From: a virus | Taxonomy: Duplodnaviria; Caudoviricetes | Reading direction: 5' to 3' (one strand) | Length of the DNA stretch: 59,020 bases | Virus record (IMG/VR): IMGVR_UViG_3300025168_000094 | Coordinates: 1 to 59,020 of that record | Notes under the pieces: model-generated | Seen by the model: only the letters and a program-made list of their open reading frames with translations | The model's database searches: none | What the model was told of the DNA's origin: nothing | Program-made: the position numbers and the translations under genes | Shown: positions 18,826 through 28,194 of the stretch, one piece after another | Position numbering within the stretch: the stretch's first letter is position 1 | Layout: each line of letters begins with the position of its first letter

Positions 18826-19527
18826 CTAGAAGACAAACCAGTTGCTTCCATTCGAATATAAACTAATTGCTGGCATTGTACCAGTCAAGGTATAAAACGC
18901 ATCGCCATCGAATGTATATGTATCGGTAACTGATCTAGTAAGAACGATACTTGAACCTCCTCTAAGAGAGGCTTCATCTTTAACCACCAGCACGGCGCCG
19001 GCACTATATGTGCTAGGATTCGGTATAGTTATTCTAACAGGCGCTGTACCGCCCGTAAAGGGGGTTGCAACGCCGAGAAGGTAGTCAGAGGTTGACGCGG
19101 TATAGTGACTGCTCGTAACGTTGGTGTAGCCCCCTCCAAAGCCCTTAACGAAGGTTTGCTTTGAATAGGAGCTAGCGCTCAATATTGCGGTTGTTCCCGA
19201 CCAAATTGCCAAACTACCTGTTCTGAAATGCCTGTCGTCAATGGTGTTACCAAAGAATGTCGAACCGGTTGCATCAATAATAGAGATGTTCTCGTAATTG
19301 AAAACACTGGCACTCAGAGTACCAGTGACAATCATATTACCAGATAACACCAATGTGGAGGGCTCAGTGTGCTCTCCATAAGAGGCTGTGTAATATACTA
19401 ATTTAGATGACCCTGTGGTATGACCCCCCGATCCAGTCATAAACTGGAGGGAGCCAGTTGGTCCTGAAGCAGCACCATCACCGACAGTATCAGTGCAATC
19501 AACATAAGCCCAGCCAAAACTCGACAT
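18826..19527 (-). CDS. Fibre/decoration protein (paralog family)
   Basis: GPTGSLQF, TGSTFFG...DD.H.RTGS, C-terminal DYLLGV...GAVLVVKDE...FDG...LYSNGSNW domain. Confidence 0.7.
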   Translation of the reverse strand: MSSFGWAYVDCTDTVGDGAASGPTGSLQFMTGSGGHTTGSSKLVYYTASYGEHTEPSTLVLSGNMIVTGTLSASVFNYENISIIDATGSTFFGNTIDDRHFRTGSLAIWSGTTAILSASSYSKQTFVKGFGGGYTNVTSSHYTASTSDYLLGVATPFTGGTAPVRITIPNPSTYSAGAVLVVKDEASLRGGSSIVLTRSVTDTYTFDGDAFYTLTGTMPAISLYSNGSNWFVF

Positions 19528-19531
19528 TAGT

Positions 19532-19972
19532 TTAGCCTACCCCTGCAGAACCCGACCAGTTTGTGCCTTGAGCCGTAGCTGTGAGACCAGTTCGGATGTT
19601 AGTGAGGCCAGCAACAATGTCTACGTTTGACGAGCCTGATACCCAGATAGATGATACTTTTAATTGTAAAACTCCACTGTTTGCAACGTTGGATGTATCA
19701 CCGTGTGCGGTAGTAACCGATCCACTTAAAGATGGAATGGTAAAATAGTTACTAGAACCAGTCATCCCACTAAGCGAAAACGCTACTTTGCAATCACGTC
19801 CAATATCATTGTTAATAATTTTAACCCAACTCGTAACATGTGGAAACACAACTTCATAACCGCCGGGGCGGCTGCCAACGAATCCATCGATATTACCACT
19901 GGCAAATGGTTTCCCACTTACTTGGTAGGCGCCTACATGATTTAGGCCGGGTTCGGTATTCCAACTTCCCAT
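19532..19972 (-). CDS. Hypothetical virion protein
   Basis: 146 aa, AGGAG RBS, PGLNHVGAYQVSG N-terminus, SGS-rich. Confidence 0.6.
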   Translation of the reverse strand: MGSWNTEPGLNHVGAYQVSGKPFASGNIDGFVGSRPGGYEVVFPHVTSWVKIINNDIGRDCKVAFSLSGMTGSSNYFTIPSLSGSVTTAHGDTSNVANSGVLQLKVSSIWVSGSSNVDIVAGLTNIRTGLTATAQGTNWSGSAGVG

Positions 19973-20014
19973 TATAAAACTCCTTAAATATTTAAATCAC
20001 ACTATAAATAGTCA

Positions 20015-20257
20015 TTAATTTTTTCTAGCGCGTCTTTGTTGTGCTTTAAGTTTTTTAGCTTGTTCGCGAAGGCGAGTGCGCTCGGCTCTTTCCTTTTTTA
20101 TACGTTTCTTGACTGAGGGCTTATTATAGTGTTTTCTGTCCCTGCATTCTTCTACGATTCTTTCTTTCTTGACTTTTTTAAGAAACTTTCTTATTAGTCT
20201 CTCATTACTCTCTTTAGGGTGGTTACGCTTAGTAATCACTTGTGCTTGTTTTTTCAT
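20015..20257 (-). CDS. rpsU: Phage-encoded 30S ribosomal protein bS21 homolog
   Basis: ES.ERLIRKFLKKV...IVEE.RDRKHYNKPS.KKR.KK..A matches the bS21 consensus (E..LRRFKR....G...E.R.R..YEKPS). Confidence 0.85.
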   Translation of the reverse strand: MKKQAQVITKRNHPKESNERLIRKFLKKVKKERIVEECRDRKHYNKPSVKKRIKKERAERTRLREQAKKLKAQQRRARKN

Positions 20258-20260
20258 TAT

Positions 20261-20659
20261 CTATTTAATCCTGTTCCAAATTTGAGTTGATGGGCCCATG
20301 AGTGAGCTGATGTCGACACCAGGGTCACTTGGACTACCCAGGTCTATAGCTCCCGCAGGTTGCGTAGTAGCTTCATAGGATGACATGGCGTCGGTGCCTT
20401 CGAAAAGATCAACTCCATTATATGCATCCTTATTTATTGCACTCATCAATGCGGCGCGCTGCTCCTTTAGAGCATTGTTGTTTGTTTTTGGCTGAGGTGT
20501 TGGGCGCGTTACTGGGGCTTGCTCCACAATACTTTGGGTACCAAGACCTTTCACAACCTCTGACACAACATTAGATAACAACCCTTCCTCTATAAGAACT
20601 TCTTGTATACATTCTTTTACGAGAGGTTTGATTATTTCTTTTAATTCTGTTTTTTTCAT
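20261..20659 (-). CDS. Hypothetical prohead-associated protein
   Basis: MKKTELKEIIKPLVKECIQEVLIEE leader variant; adjacent to the prohead protease. Confidence 0.65.
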   Translation of the reverse strand: MKKTELKEIIKPLVKECIQEVLIEEGLLSNVVSEVVKGLGTQSIVEQAPVTRPTPQPKTNNNALKEQRAALMSAINKDAYNGVDLFEGTDAMSSYEATTQPAGAIDLGSPSDPGVDISSLMGPSTQIWNRIK

Positions 20660-20662
20660 TTT

Positions 20663-21286
20663 CTATCCGTTTAAAATGTCGTTGATTAAATCATCGACGT
20701 TACTTTCTTTTAATTCTTTTGTTTCTCTCATCGACATACTCATCGACTGATTGCCTGTTTCAGGTCGCATGTAAGCACCGGGTGTCGAGGGCGTCGAAAC
20801 CATATCGAAACACACAAGTTCAAAATCTTCGGCAACAACCTGTTCTCCGTTTTTTTCAATCAGTGAGCCAGTACCTCTCGAAGAGATTCCAACACAACAT
20901 TCACCATCGACCAATGCGCGCAGTGTTTTGCCGGCCGGGGTGTTTAATACTTGAATTTTACCCATGACTTTGTTGCCATCCATCCAGATCGATGTAACCT
21001 TGTGGGAAACGTTTACAAGAGATATCTCAATTTCTTGAGGGTGGTCTAACTCACCAAGAGCCTGTTGGGCTTCAACCAACTGTTGATATTTTTTAACCTC
21101 TCTCTTCATTACGGATTCGGTATACATACGGCCGTTACCATTCTTAACACCACACATCTGCATGACGCCTGTGAGGATCATAACGTTATCTTCCCGAATC
21201 ATGCGCTTTTCTTCTTCGGTTAATAAATCTTGGCAAACTCCGCCTTCGCAAAGCTGATAATATTCTCTAAGTAATTGTTTACCCAT
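20663..21286 (-). CDS. Prohead maturation protease (T4 gp21-like)
   Basis: KNGNGRMY, ALGELDHP, VSH, TPAG, GISSRGTGS, FDMVSTPSTPGA. Confidence 0.92.
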   Translation of the reverse strand: MGKQLLREYYQLCEGGVCQDLLTEEEKRMIREDNVMILTGVMQMCGVKNGNGRMYTESVMKREVKKYQQLVEAQQALGELDHPQEIEISLVNVSHKVTSIWMDGNKVMGKIQVLNTPAGKTLRALVDGECCVGISSRGTGSLIEKNGEQVVAEDFELVCFDMVSTPSTPGAYMRPETGNQSMSMSMRETKELKESNVDDLINDILNG

Positions 21287-21288
21287 AG

Positions 21289-21378
21289 CTAACTTCCTTT
21301 ACAGCAGTGTCTAACTGGCTGCAACATCCACTTGCTTGTCCAGGTGGCAGGTATCTGGGTTTGTCTGTTTGTATTCAT
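21289..21378 (-). CDS. Candidate 29-aa micro-ORF (MNTNRQTQIPATWTSKWMLQPVRHCCKGS)
   Basis: Below the track size cutoff. AAGGA RBS 7 nt upstream; stop ends 2 nt before the protease ATG; overlaps the 3' end of the upstream gene in another frame. Confidence 0.45.
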   Translation of the reverse strand: MNTNRQTQIPATWTSKWMLQPVRHCCKGS

Positions 21379-21661
21379 GTTTAAATCCTTCGTCTCCAAA
21401 AATCATGTTGAGAACATAAGAAGTTCCCGACGATAACCAGCCCATAAGAAAGAAGTTGGTTACCGTTACATCAAAGTTAAATAGTTCTGTGAATGGAGAA
21501 AGTAGCAATAAAAACCAGCCAACATGAAAGCCCATACACATGGGGCAGCGAAATAATTCTCCAGCTCTTCCTTTTGTGGGTCTGATTTTTTTAAAGACTT
21601 TCCCATATACAATTATTTGTGTGAGTCCGTAAGCGCAAAGTATAAATGTTAAAAGTTCCAT
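21311..21661 (-). CDS. Small membrane protein with CxxC (DUF1360-like)
   Basis: Hydrophobic segments around LFRCPMCMGFHVGW. Confidence 0.6.
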   Translation of the reverse strand: MELLTFILCAYGLTQIIVYGKVFKKIRPTKGRAGELFRCPMCMGFHVGWFLLLLSPFTELFNFDVTVTNFFLMGWLSSGTSYVLNMIFGDEGFKHEYKQTNPDTCHLDKQVDVAAS

Positions 21662-22254
21662 TATTTCCTCACAACTATGTCTGTGTCTATGCCGGGTGTC
21701 CCTTCTTTTGCGTACGGAGAGTTTGAGTCTGTGTTAAGCCAATCGACCAAGTGTGCCGTAAAATCCGGCATTGGATCTGGGGTAGTGTTCGCTCTGGCTG
21801 TTTTAATGTAGGCTTCAATCTCATCTTGAATGCCACTGTTGGACCAATAACTTTTTTCAATGTCATTGTCAATAGTTGCGAGAAGTGCTGTGTCAATACA
21901 CAGGAGCCGTAAAAGATTTGCTGTTTTGGTAGTCACCTTTTCTTGCTGTACGTCATTGATTAAATTTGCAAAGACGCCAACGACTGTGGCGCCAAGAGTG
22001 GCGCCGCCAGACGCCATTGCGGCCGGTATACCACCAAGTAAACCAGCAACAGACAAAATTTGATTTAACTTTTCAACGTTCTCGCCTTGACTTTTAAGTT
22101 TCTCGATTCTTTGTTTTTGAACGTCTGGATCCAATGAAGCAAGTTCTAAGCCGCTCACAAACGTATCAATATCAACTGGCTGTTCCGGACATGCATCAAA
22201 CTGTTCGTTAACAAACGTGTCCCAGTTTTCAAGTATTAGTTTCATTTCACCCAT
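21661..22254 (-). CDS. Hypothetical protein (possible internal head protein)
   Basis: MKLILENWDTFVNE leader; central Gly/Ala hydrophobic stretch; AGGAG RBS. Confidence 0.65.
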   Translation of the reverse strand: MGEMKLILENWDTFVNEQFDACPEQPVDIDTFVSGLELASLDPDVQKQRIEKLKSQGENVEKLNQILSVAGLLGGIPAAMASGGATLGATVVGVFANLINDVQQEKVTTKTANLLRLLCIDTALLATIDNDIEKSYWSNSGIQDEIEAYIKTARANTTPDPMPDFTAHLVDWLNTDSNSPYAKEGTPGIDTDIVVRK

Positions 22255-22263
22255 AATATTCTC

Positions 22264-22803
22264 CTAGACCGTGTATAAGTAATTGTACGAGTAAGGATCT
22301 CTAATGTATCCGGGTCGTATGCTGCCCTTCTCAGCGGCCTGTGGCACTTCTCCGAGTTCAGTTGAGTATTCGTTATCAGGCTCTATCAGGTGCTCCTCTT
22401 CGGCAGAAACAATAGCTTCCACTTGTTCGAAGTAAGGTCTCTCCTCATCAATAAAGTTTGAGATATTGATTAAAGCCAACTTAGCAGAGGAACTATCGGG
22501 GTCTGCAGACTCTTCCAGTGTCGCCTCAAAGGAGCCAAAAAATGATCCTGCTTGAATGCTTTCTGGAACAACAAGGCCTTTTCTACGGAGATGGGAGAAC
22601 AGTCGGTTTTGAGCGCCATAAACTAAATCAGTCATCGTTTCTTTTGGGAAAGTGACAACTTTTTTCTTGTCTGGAGACAAGACAATATCGATATCTCCAT
22701 GATCGAAAATCATGAGATCACCGTTCATAGAACGACGCAAATCGAGTTCAAGCTTTACTTTCTTCTTGTTGGCGCCGGCGCCTACTTTAATTATTACTGC
22801 CAT
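22264..22803 (-). CDS. Hypothetical protein (head module)
   Basis: Tightly packed ORF with RBS in the portal-protease operon. Confidence 0.65.
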   Translation of the reverse strand: MAVIIKVGAGANKKKVKLELDLRRSMNGDLMIFDHGDIDIVLSPDKKKVVTFPKETMTDLVYGAQNRLFSHLRRKGLVVPESIQAGSFFGSFEATLEESADPDSSSAKLALINISNFIDEERPYFEQVEAIVSAEEEHLIEPDNEYSTELGEVPQAAEKGSIRPGYIRDPYSYNYLYTV

Positions 22804-23587
22804 TGTTGAGTTCCTTTACAAGCTGTTGGGTCTTCAAGACTGTAAGCAAGATAGTTTCATTAATCTCGGTAGATTTAAAAGTATCAAGTTTTTCTGAAAT
22901 GAGAGTGGTTTTATCTTGCAGATCTTCATCCGAGATAGAACTTACGTGCTCTCTCAATCTAACTATTTCTTCATTTAAAAACATCTTAAGCTCGACTGCG
23001 TTGTCAACAAAAGAAGTAATGTAATAATTTAATAACTCTTTTTGCTCGTCAAGGAGGGTGTCAGAGTATTTTTCATTAAATTTATTGATGAAAGTGGTGA
23101 GAGTAAGTCCGTCAATCTCGCCTATTTCTTGCGCTTCGAGTGACAAAGACATGTTTTCGACAATTTGATTTTCCAACATGACCTTTGTTCTTGGGGTTGT
23201 ACGAGTATTGAAGATTTGGTCTATTGTAGCCAAAGTTTTGTAGTTTGGCACAAAGTTATTAAACACCGTAGGATCTAACTCTTTATTGATATCATTAATA
23301 AGTTCAGTCTGTTGTTTAAATAAACCTTGAGGATCAATCATTCTGCTGGCGATATTCGCTTCTCTCAGGATTTTTTCACAAATTTCTTTTGGCAGTTCTT
23401 GATTTTCGTAAAGAGATTTGTAGCAGTCCAAGTGTTGGCGCAGCGCGCTATCGGGCTTAAAGTGTTTTTTTACAATCTTAACAGCCTTGTTTTTACGTTC
23501 TTCATCGTTTTTAATAATAGCAGCAGTAATTTCTTTTACAAGGGTTTCGAAAACGAACGCTGTATTTCTTTTTTTATTGTGTTTCAT
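22787..23587 (-). CDS. Hypothetical helical protein (head module)
   Basis: MKHNKKRNT start overlapping the portal stop; helical 266 aa. Confidence 0.7.
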   Translation of the reverse strand: MKHNKKRNTAFVFETLVKEITAAIIKNDEERKNKAVKIVKKHFKPDSALRQHLDCYKSLYENQELPKEICEKILREANIASRMIDPQGLFKQQTELINDINKELDPTVFNNFVPNYKTLATIDQIFNTRTTPRTKVMLENQIVENMSLSLEAQEIGEIDGLTLTTFINKFNEKYSDTLLDEQKELLNYYITSFVDNAVELKMFLNEEIVRLREHVSSISDEDLQDKTTLISEKLDTFKSTEINETILLTVLKTQQLVKELNNGSNN

Positions 23588-25562
23588 CTTTTTGCTCCGT
23601 CAATAGTTTTTCTTTTTTGTCTAAAACATCAATTAATGATTTAATTGAGTTATTCATCTCAAGTATTTTTTGCTCTTCGTTGAGTTCCCTATCAGAATAT
23701 ATAGATGTTTGTTCCTGATAAGTACCTCTACCGAGTGCTGATAGTTGTGAACCACCTAAATTATTAGTTCTTGGTGTGTTGGTTTCTGGCATACCCGTCA
23801 TCTTCATCGACTGGGTGCGTTTACCTCGGCCGCGCATATCATTAATACCATCCTTTCTTAAGTAATCACCTTTTTCGTACTTACTCAATCTTTTAGAAGG
23901 TCTAGATCCGGGGGGCACTGCTAAGAGTGACGACTCATCTCCGCCGGTGGTATCTGCTGGTGGGGTCTCTGGGCCGCCTCCAGCAGCATCTGCCGGCATT
24001 TCTGTTGGGCCTGCATCAAGACCCAAGTCGTCTCCGCCTAGGTCTCCACCGAGGCCACCGCCAAGATTATCTCCACCAAGTCCGCCGCCAAGTCCGCCGG
24101 CACCAGCCGCCGATTCGGCAACTTGTTGTAATGCTGCATCATGTTTGCGATCGTAATACATCTCTCGTTGGTTTCTAATGAACTCCTCGTGAGACATACC
24201 AAAAATATTGTCGGCAACCCAGCGACGAGAAAAGAACCCCTCGGTGGCACCTGCAGCAATATCAAATTTAGATTTCCAATGTTCCAACTCTTGAAGTTCA
24301 GCGATTTTGGATGGGTTGTTGAGAGACAATTTAAATCCTAACAAGTCATCGCCGCGGAATCCCAATGTGTAGAGATGAATAATTCCAATTTTTTCCAACT
24401 CAGAGATGACAACGCGTTGGAGTCTTTGGATAGTTCTAGCAAAGCGAATGTCTTTTTGAGCGAGAGTGGTCTTATCCTCGGTAGCACCTTCTCCCATAGT
24501 AAGATAAGATTGTGGGATCTTGAGAGCGGAAAACAATTTATCTCTTAGATATTTAACATCGTCAATTGCTGTTGTGTTCTGTCCGCCGGCAAGATTTTGG
24601 ATATCTGTAACGGAACCTGCACGTACGGGAATGAAGTAATCTTCCTCAATACTCATTGGGTTATATCTTAAATCAACACGGCCTGTGTCAGGGTCAACAA
24701 CTGAGTTTCTTTTAAGTTGTGTTACGGTCTTCTCCATGAACTGCTCCACTTCTTGTGGGGGAATTGCACCAACGTCAATCTTAAAGACACGACGTTCAGA
24801 AGAGCGGATAACTCGGTAAGCCATCATAGCATCTTCCATTAGTGTAAGCTGGCGCCAAATACGACGTGCGGGTTCTAAGATAGAAGTACCGTAAGGAGCG
24901 TATTTATCGTTTCCGAGAACACGAAAGTGAGCTACCTGCCAATTTTCAAAAGTCATTCCACCAGAATTCCACTGGTATTGGACGTAATTTGGATTGGTTG
25001 AGTCTAATCCTTCCAGCCTTTCAACCTCTTGAGGAGGCAAAGAGATAGCAGATTGAACCCCATACTTGTCATCAATGTCAAGATAGAGAACAAAGTCTCC
25101 GTACTTACACATAGTACGAGACCAGCCAAACAAGTTGTACTCAACATTAAGAATGTTTTCGTACAAGATTGCCAACACTGCTCTGATTTCCTCATTCGGA
25201 CATTTGATATTCAACATCGGTCGGAGATCTGAATAAGTTGTCATCTCATCTGCATAGATGTCAAGTGTTGATGCAATCTCTGGAGTGTACTCCATCTGAT
25301 CGAAGTCAACATATCGCTCCGAACGTCGTTGGTTCGCAATTGCATTAGCGCCGATCTGGTCCAGAGGGCTGTAATGTGCTTTTTTGAACTGCTGTCCTGA
25401 AGCTGTCTTGAATCTAGAAGAGAACTTATCCAGGTGTTGTCGACGGATTCTTCGTCCCGATTGGGAACGGTAATTAATAATTGGACCAGAAAACAATCTT
25501 GTCAAAGATTTGAATAATTGAGAATTATTGTTTTTTGGGTTGCTGCCTTTTTCGTTTGCCAT
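23574..25562 (-). CDS. Portal protein (T4 gp20-like)
   Basis: PEIASTLDIYADE, LMEDAMMAYRVIRSSERRVFKIDVG, EDYFIPVR, DDVKYL..KLF.ALKIP, DIRFAR; Gly-rich C-terminal tail. Confidence 0.95.
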   Translation of the reverse strand: MANEKGSNPKNNNSQLFKSLTRLFSGPIINYRSQSGRRIRRQHLDKFSSRFKTASGQQFKKAHYSPLDQIGANAIANQRRSERYVDFDQMEYTPEIASTLDIYADEMTTYSDLRPMLNIKCPNEEIRAVLAILYENILNVEYNLFGWSRTMCKYGDFVLYLDIDDKYGVQSAISLPPQEVERLEGLDSTNPNYVQYQWNSGGMTFENWQVAHFRVLGNDKYAPYGTSILEPARRIWRQLTLMEDAMMAYRVIRSSERRVFKIDVGAIPPQEVEQFMEKTVTQLKRNSVVDPDTGRVDLRYNPMSIEEDYFIPVRAGSVTDIQNLAGGQNTTAIDDVKYLRDKLFSALKIPQSYLTMGEGATEDKTTLAQKDIRFARTIQRLQRVVISELEKIGIIHLYTLGFRGDDLLGFKLSLNNPSKIAELQELEHWKSKFDIAAGATEGFFSRRWVADNIFGMSHEEFIRNQREMYYDRKHDAALQQVAESAAGAGGLGGGLGGDNLGGGLGGDLGGDDLGLDAGPTEMPADAAGGGPETPPADTTGGDESSLLAVPPGSRPSKRLSKYEKGDYLRKDGINDMRGRGKRTQSMKMTGMPETNTPRTNNLGGSQLSALGRGTYQEQTSIYSDRELNEEQKILEMNNSIKSLIDVLDKKEKLLTEQKDETQ

Positions 25563-25570
25563 TTAGTTTC

Positions 25571-27154
25571 TCACTTTATAATCCACTTATATTGGTCATA
25601 AGTGTTTTTAGCTTCTTTCATTTTATCAAAAGTATCGCTTTTTTTGTATCCTATTTGACCTTTTATTTGTGTATTCATGGTAGTTTTAGAAGTTATGATG
25701 GCATCTACGAAGGCACGTTGGTAGTTTAGTTCCCTTGCGCTGCTCTGTATAGCCGTGTCTCTAACCCAACAAGCGATTGCAAGAGCCATGATTAAGTCAT
25801 CATGATATCCTTTCATTGCTTGTGGCCTGCCATTCCTCCAAATAAAGGTTTTCATCTCGTTGATTGTGCGAGAAGAATATATCGTAATTAGTTTATTTCT
25901 GATAAACTCTTCTAATTTCGCGACTATAAGAGGTCGCGTCTTTGACGAAGTGGTAAATCCAGGTACGGCAGAGTTTCTAATCTCTGCTTGATATTGTTCT
26001 ATGTATTCGTGCGTTGACTTTATGGAATGATATAGATTAGGATATGCTGCCTCAATTAGTTTGTCTAATACAGAGTACCCAACATTGTTATTTTCCACAA
26101 CAAGCATAGCATTCCCGTATTCTCTGCCGACTTGGTTTAACATATTAGCATACATATCAAGTGTTGGCTTACCCTGATACTCTCCTACAATCTGCAAGGT
26201 TTCTAGCTTAATCATATGAAATGTGGAATAATCAGCACCATCTCCCCTGGCTACATCGGCCACCATGAGATAATTGCACGTAGGATCAAACTCTTCCCAG
26301 ATCCAAAAATTTCTATCAAAACCAGTTCTGTGTTTTGGTTCACATATATTAGACATCAACCACTCCATACACTGTGAATCTATCACAGTCTCTCCGGAAG
26401 TATTGAAATTGCATTCCAGCTCCTGAGCGATTTGTCTCTTTGACATGTTTCTGGTTTCTTTCTTATACCACTCTGAATCACGATCTGGGTGTACGTCCCA
26501 GGGCAGCGTCGTCAGGTGAAAGTTGTTTGCCTCGGCCTCAGCGTCGACGCATGCTTTATGAAACCAGTTACCCACACCGTTTGGGGTGGATAGTGCAATG
26601 CAACGACCACCAGTTGACAGCGTAGGATACAGACCAGTCCACAGTTCCTCTAGACCTTCAATGTGGGCGGCCTCGTCAAGCACAAGCAGCGACAGGGCTT
26701 CTGAACGACCAGCATCACCAGATGTTGAAGTAGCTTTGATAGAGGAGCCGTTTGATAACTCAAAGGACGTGCGGTTATCTACCGAGATAGTCGCTATGCG
26801 GATCCACTCTGGTAAATTCTTCATGATGCTTTTGACTTTTTTGACTAAGTTACCAGCAGTAGCAAACTTGGTTGCCATAACAAGAATTGACTTATCCTTG
26901 TGAAATAACATCAACCAAGAGATATAGCCGGCTGTAATCGTTGAGATTCCCAACTGTCTTGCTTTGAGAATTACATTAAATCGATAATCGTTAAAATCGT
27001 TTAACAAAACATCTTGGAAGTCGTATGTGTCAAAAAGGATTAGCCCGTGCATCGGGTGAGATATACGGGCATAGTTTTTAAGAAAGTAAGTCGGGTCTTT
27101 ACCGCACTTTAATATTTCTTGGAACTTTTGTTTTTTGGTAAGTTCAAAACTCAT
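25571..27154 (-). CDS. terL: Terminase large subunit (T4 gp17-like)
   Basis: KARQLGIST (Walker A), LVLDEAAH (Walker B), STPNG, nuclease motifs DVARGDGADYS and HDDLIMA. Confidence 0.95.
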   Translation of the reverse strand: MSFELTKKQKFQEILKCGKDPTYFLKNYARISHPMHGLILFDTYDFQDVLLNDFNDYRFNVILKARQLGISTITAGYISWLMLFHKDKSILVMATKFATAGNLVKKVKSIMKNLPEWIRIATISVDNRTSFELSNGSSIKATSTSGDAGRSEALSLLVLDEAAHIEGLEELWTGLYPTLSTGGRCIALSTPNGVGNWFHKACVDAEAEANNFHLTTLPWDVHPDRDSEWYKKETRNMSKRQIAQELECNFNTSGETVIDSQCMEWLMSNICEPKHRTGFDRNFWIWEEFDPTCNYLMVADVARGDGADYSTFHMIKLETLQIVGEYQGKPTLDMYANMLNQVGREYGNAMLVVENNNVGYSVLDKLIEAAYPNLYHSIKSTHEYIEQYQAEIRNSAVPGFTTSSKTRPLIVAKLEEFIRNKLITIYSSRTINEMKTFIWRNGRPQAMKGYHDDLIMALAIACWVRDTAIQSSARELNYQRAFVDAIITSKTTMNTQIKGQIGYKKSDTFDKMKEAKNTYDQYKWIIK

Positions 27155-27630
27155 ACACTCTCTGATATAGCTTTTCTAATCATTTCTCTAAGCTCTTGCA
27201 ATTTGAATCCCGCAGTGGGTCTTCCTTCAGCGCCAGGAGTATAAAGAGTCTCAGGGGCGGGCTCTTCTTCTTCAGGCTGGATTTCACCGAACACAGCGTT
27301 AAAAATCTCTGCTACTTCGGCAGGAGAAGAGCCTTGTACTATCTTAAGTATTGCGTCTTTTATGTTGTCTGACATGACGACTTCTTCATCAGAGCCAGTA
27401 ACTGGATCAGCCATAGTTTCATCCGGAGCAAAGGGTCGCTCCATTGCCGCGGTGTTTCCATCGTTGGTTTTAAATCTTTTGGGATCTCTCGCTTCTGGAG
27501 AACGGTATTTGTCTCCTTGGATTTGTTGCAAGAGCTTTTCAATTTCTTCTTGATCTGCTTCAAGTAAGTTTTCTTCTTTGATATATTCTTCTACAATAAT
27601 CTTGTGTAATTGTGCTTGAGTGATTTTCAT
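27151..27630 (-). CDS. Hypothetical protein with MKI..L..II.EE leader
   Basis: Starts MKITQAQLHKIIVEEY; acidic. Confidence 0.7.
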   Translation of the reverse strand: MKITQAQLHKIIVEEYIKEENLLEADQEEIEKLLQQIQGDKYRSPEARDPKRFKTNDGNTAAMERPFAPDETMADPVTGSDEEVVMSDNIKDAILKIVQGSSPAEVAEIFNAVFGEIQPEEEEPAPETLYTPGAEGRPTAGFKLQELREMIRKAISESV

Positions 27631-27635
27631 TATTT

Positions 27636-28193
27636 TTAATTCTCCAAATATGTTGCTAAGCGATTTATCTGTTCTATTTTAGAGCGAAGCTCTTCTATGT
27701 TGGTGCCAGCTTGCATGTCGCCAAGGGCGCCAAGACCCTCAGCATCTATTAAATCAGTTAAATTATCAAGGGCGAGAAAAGCCTCATGAAGCTTGTCGTT
27801 GGCTTCTTCTACCATCGGGTGACCTTGACTAATGTCGTAGGCGGAGCGCTCGTCCTCTGTCACCGCAGGAGCTTCAGGTTCTTTTATATCCGGGGCGACT
27901 ATACCTTGTAGTCTTTTAAGTAATACTTGCAACTGAGATTTATACTTTGGTAAGTCAACGCCGGGCTTAGCTGCAATGTCAGATAAAAATTGTTCTATCT
28001 GAGTGACAAAGCCTTTTTCGGTTGCCGTATATTCTTCACCGGCAGTTGCAACTCTACCCAGTGCATCTTTTTTATATGCAGCAGTTGACGTAGCTTTAGT
28101 TTTGAGCCTAGTGGGATCTTGTGGCTGTTCTTCCAAGACTTGTTTTAATTCTTCTTGGATAATCATATCTAATTCAGATACAGAGATTTTCAT
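27636..28193 (-). CDS. Hypothetical protein with MKI..L..II.EE leader
   Basis: Start refined to ATG 28193: MKISVSELDMIIQEEL. Confidence 0.7.
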   Translation of the reverse strand: MKISVSELDMIIQEELKQVLEEQPQDPTRLKTKATSTAAYKKDALGRVATAGEEYTATEKGFVTQIEQFLSDIAAKPGVDLPKYKSQLQVLLKRLQGIVAPDIKEPEAPAVTEDERSAYDISQGHPMVEEANDKLHEAFLALDNLTDLIDAEGLGALGDMQAGTNIEELRSKIEQINRLATYLEN

Positions 28194-28194
28194 C

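Noticed and set aside
21379-21385. TTTAAAC slippery-like heptamer at the DUF1360/micro-ORF overlap (minus strand)
   Set aside because: Not in the register needed for -1 slippage from the upstream gene, and the micro-ORF has its own RBS and ATG.
24020-24110. GC-rich short repeats in the portal gene
   Set aside because: Encode a GGLGG low-complexity protein tail; not a separate element.
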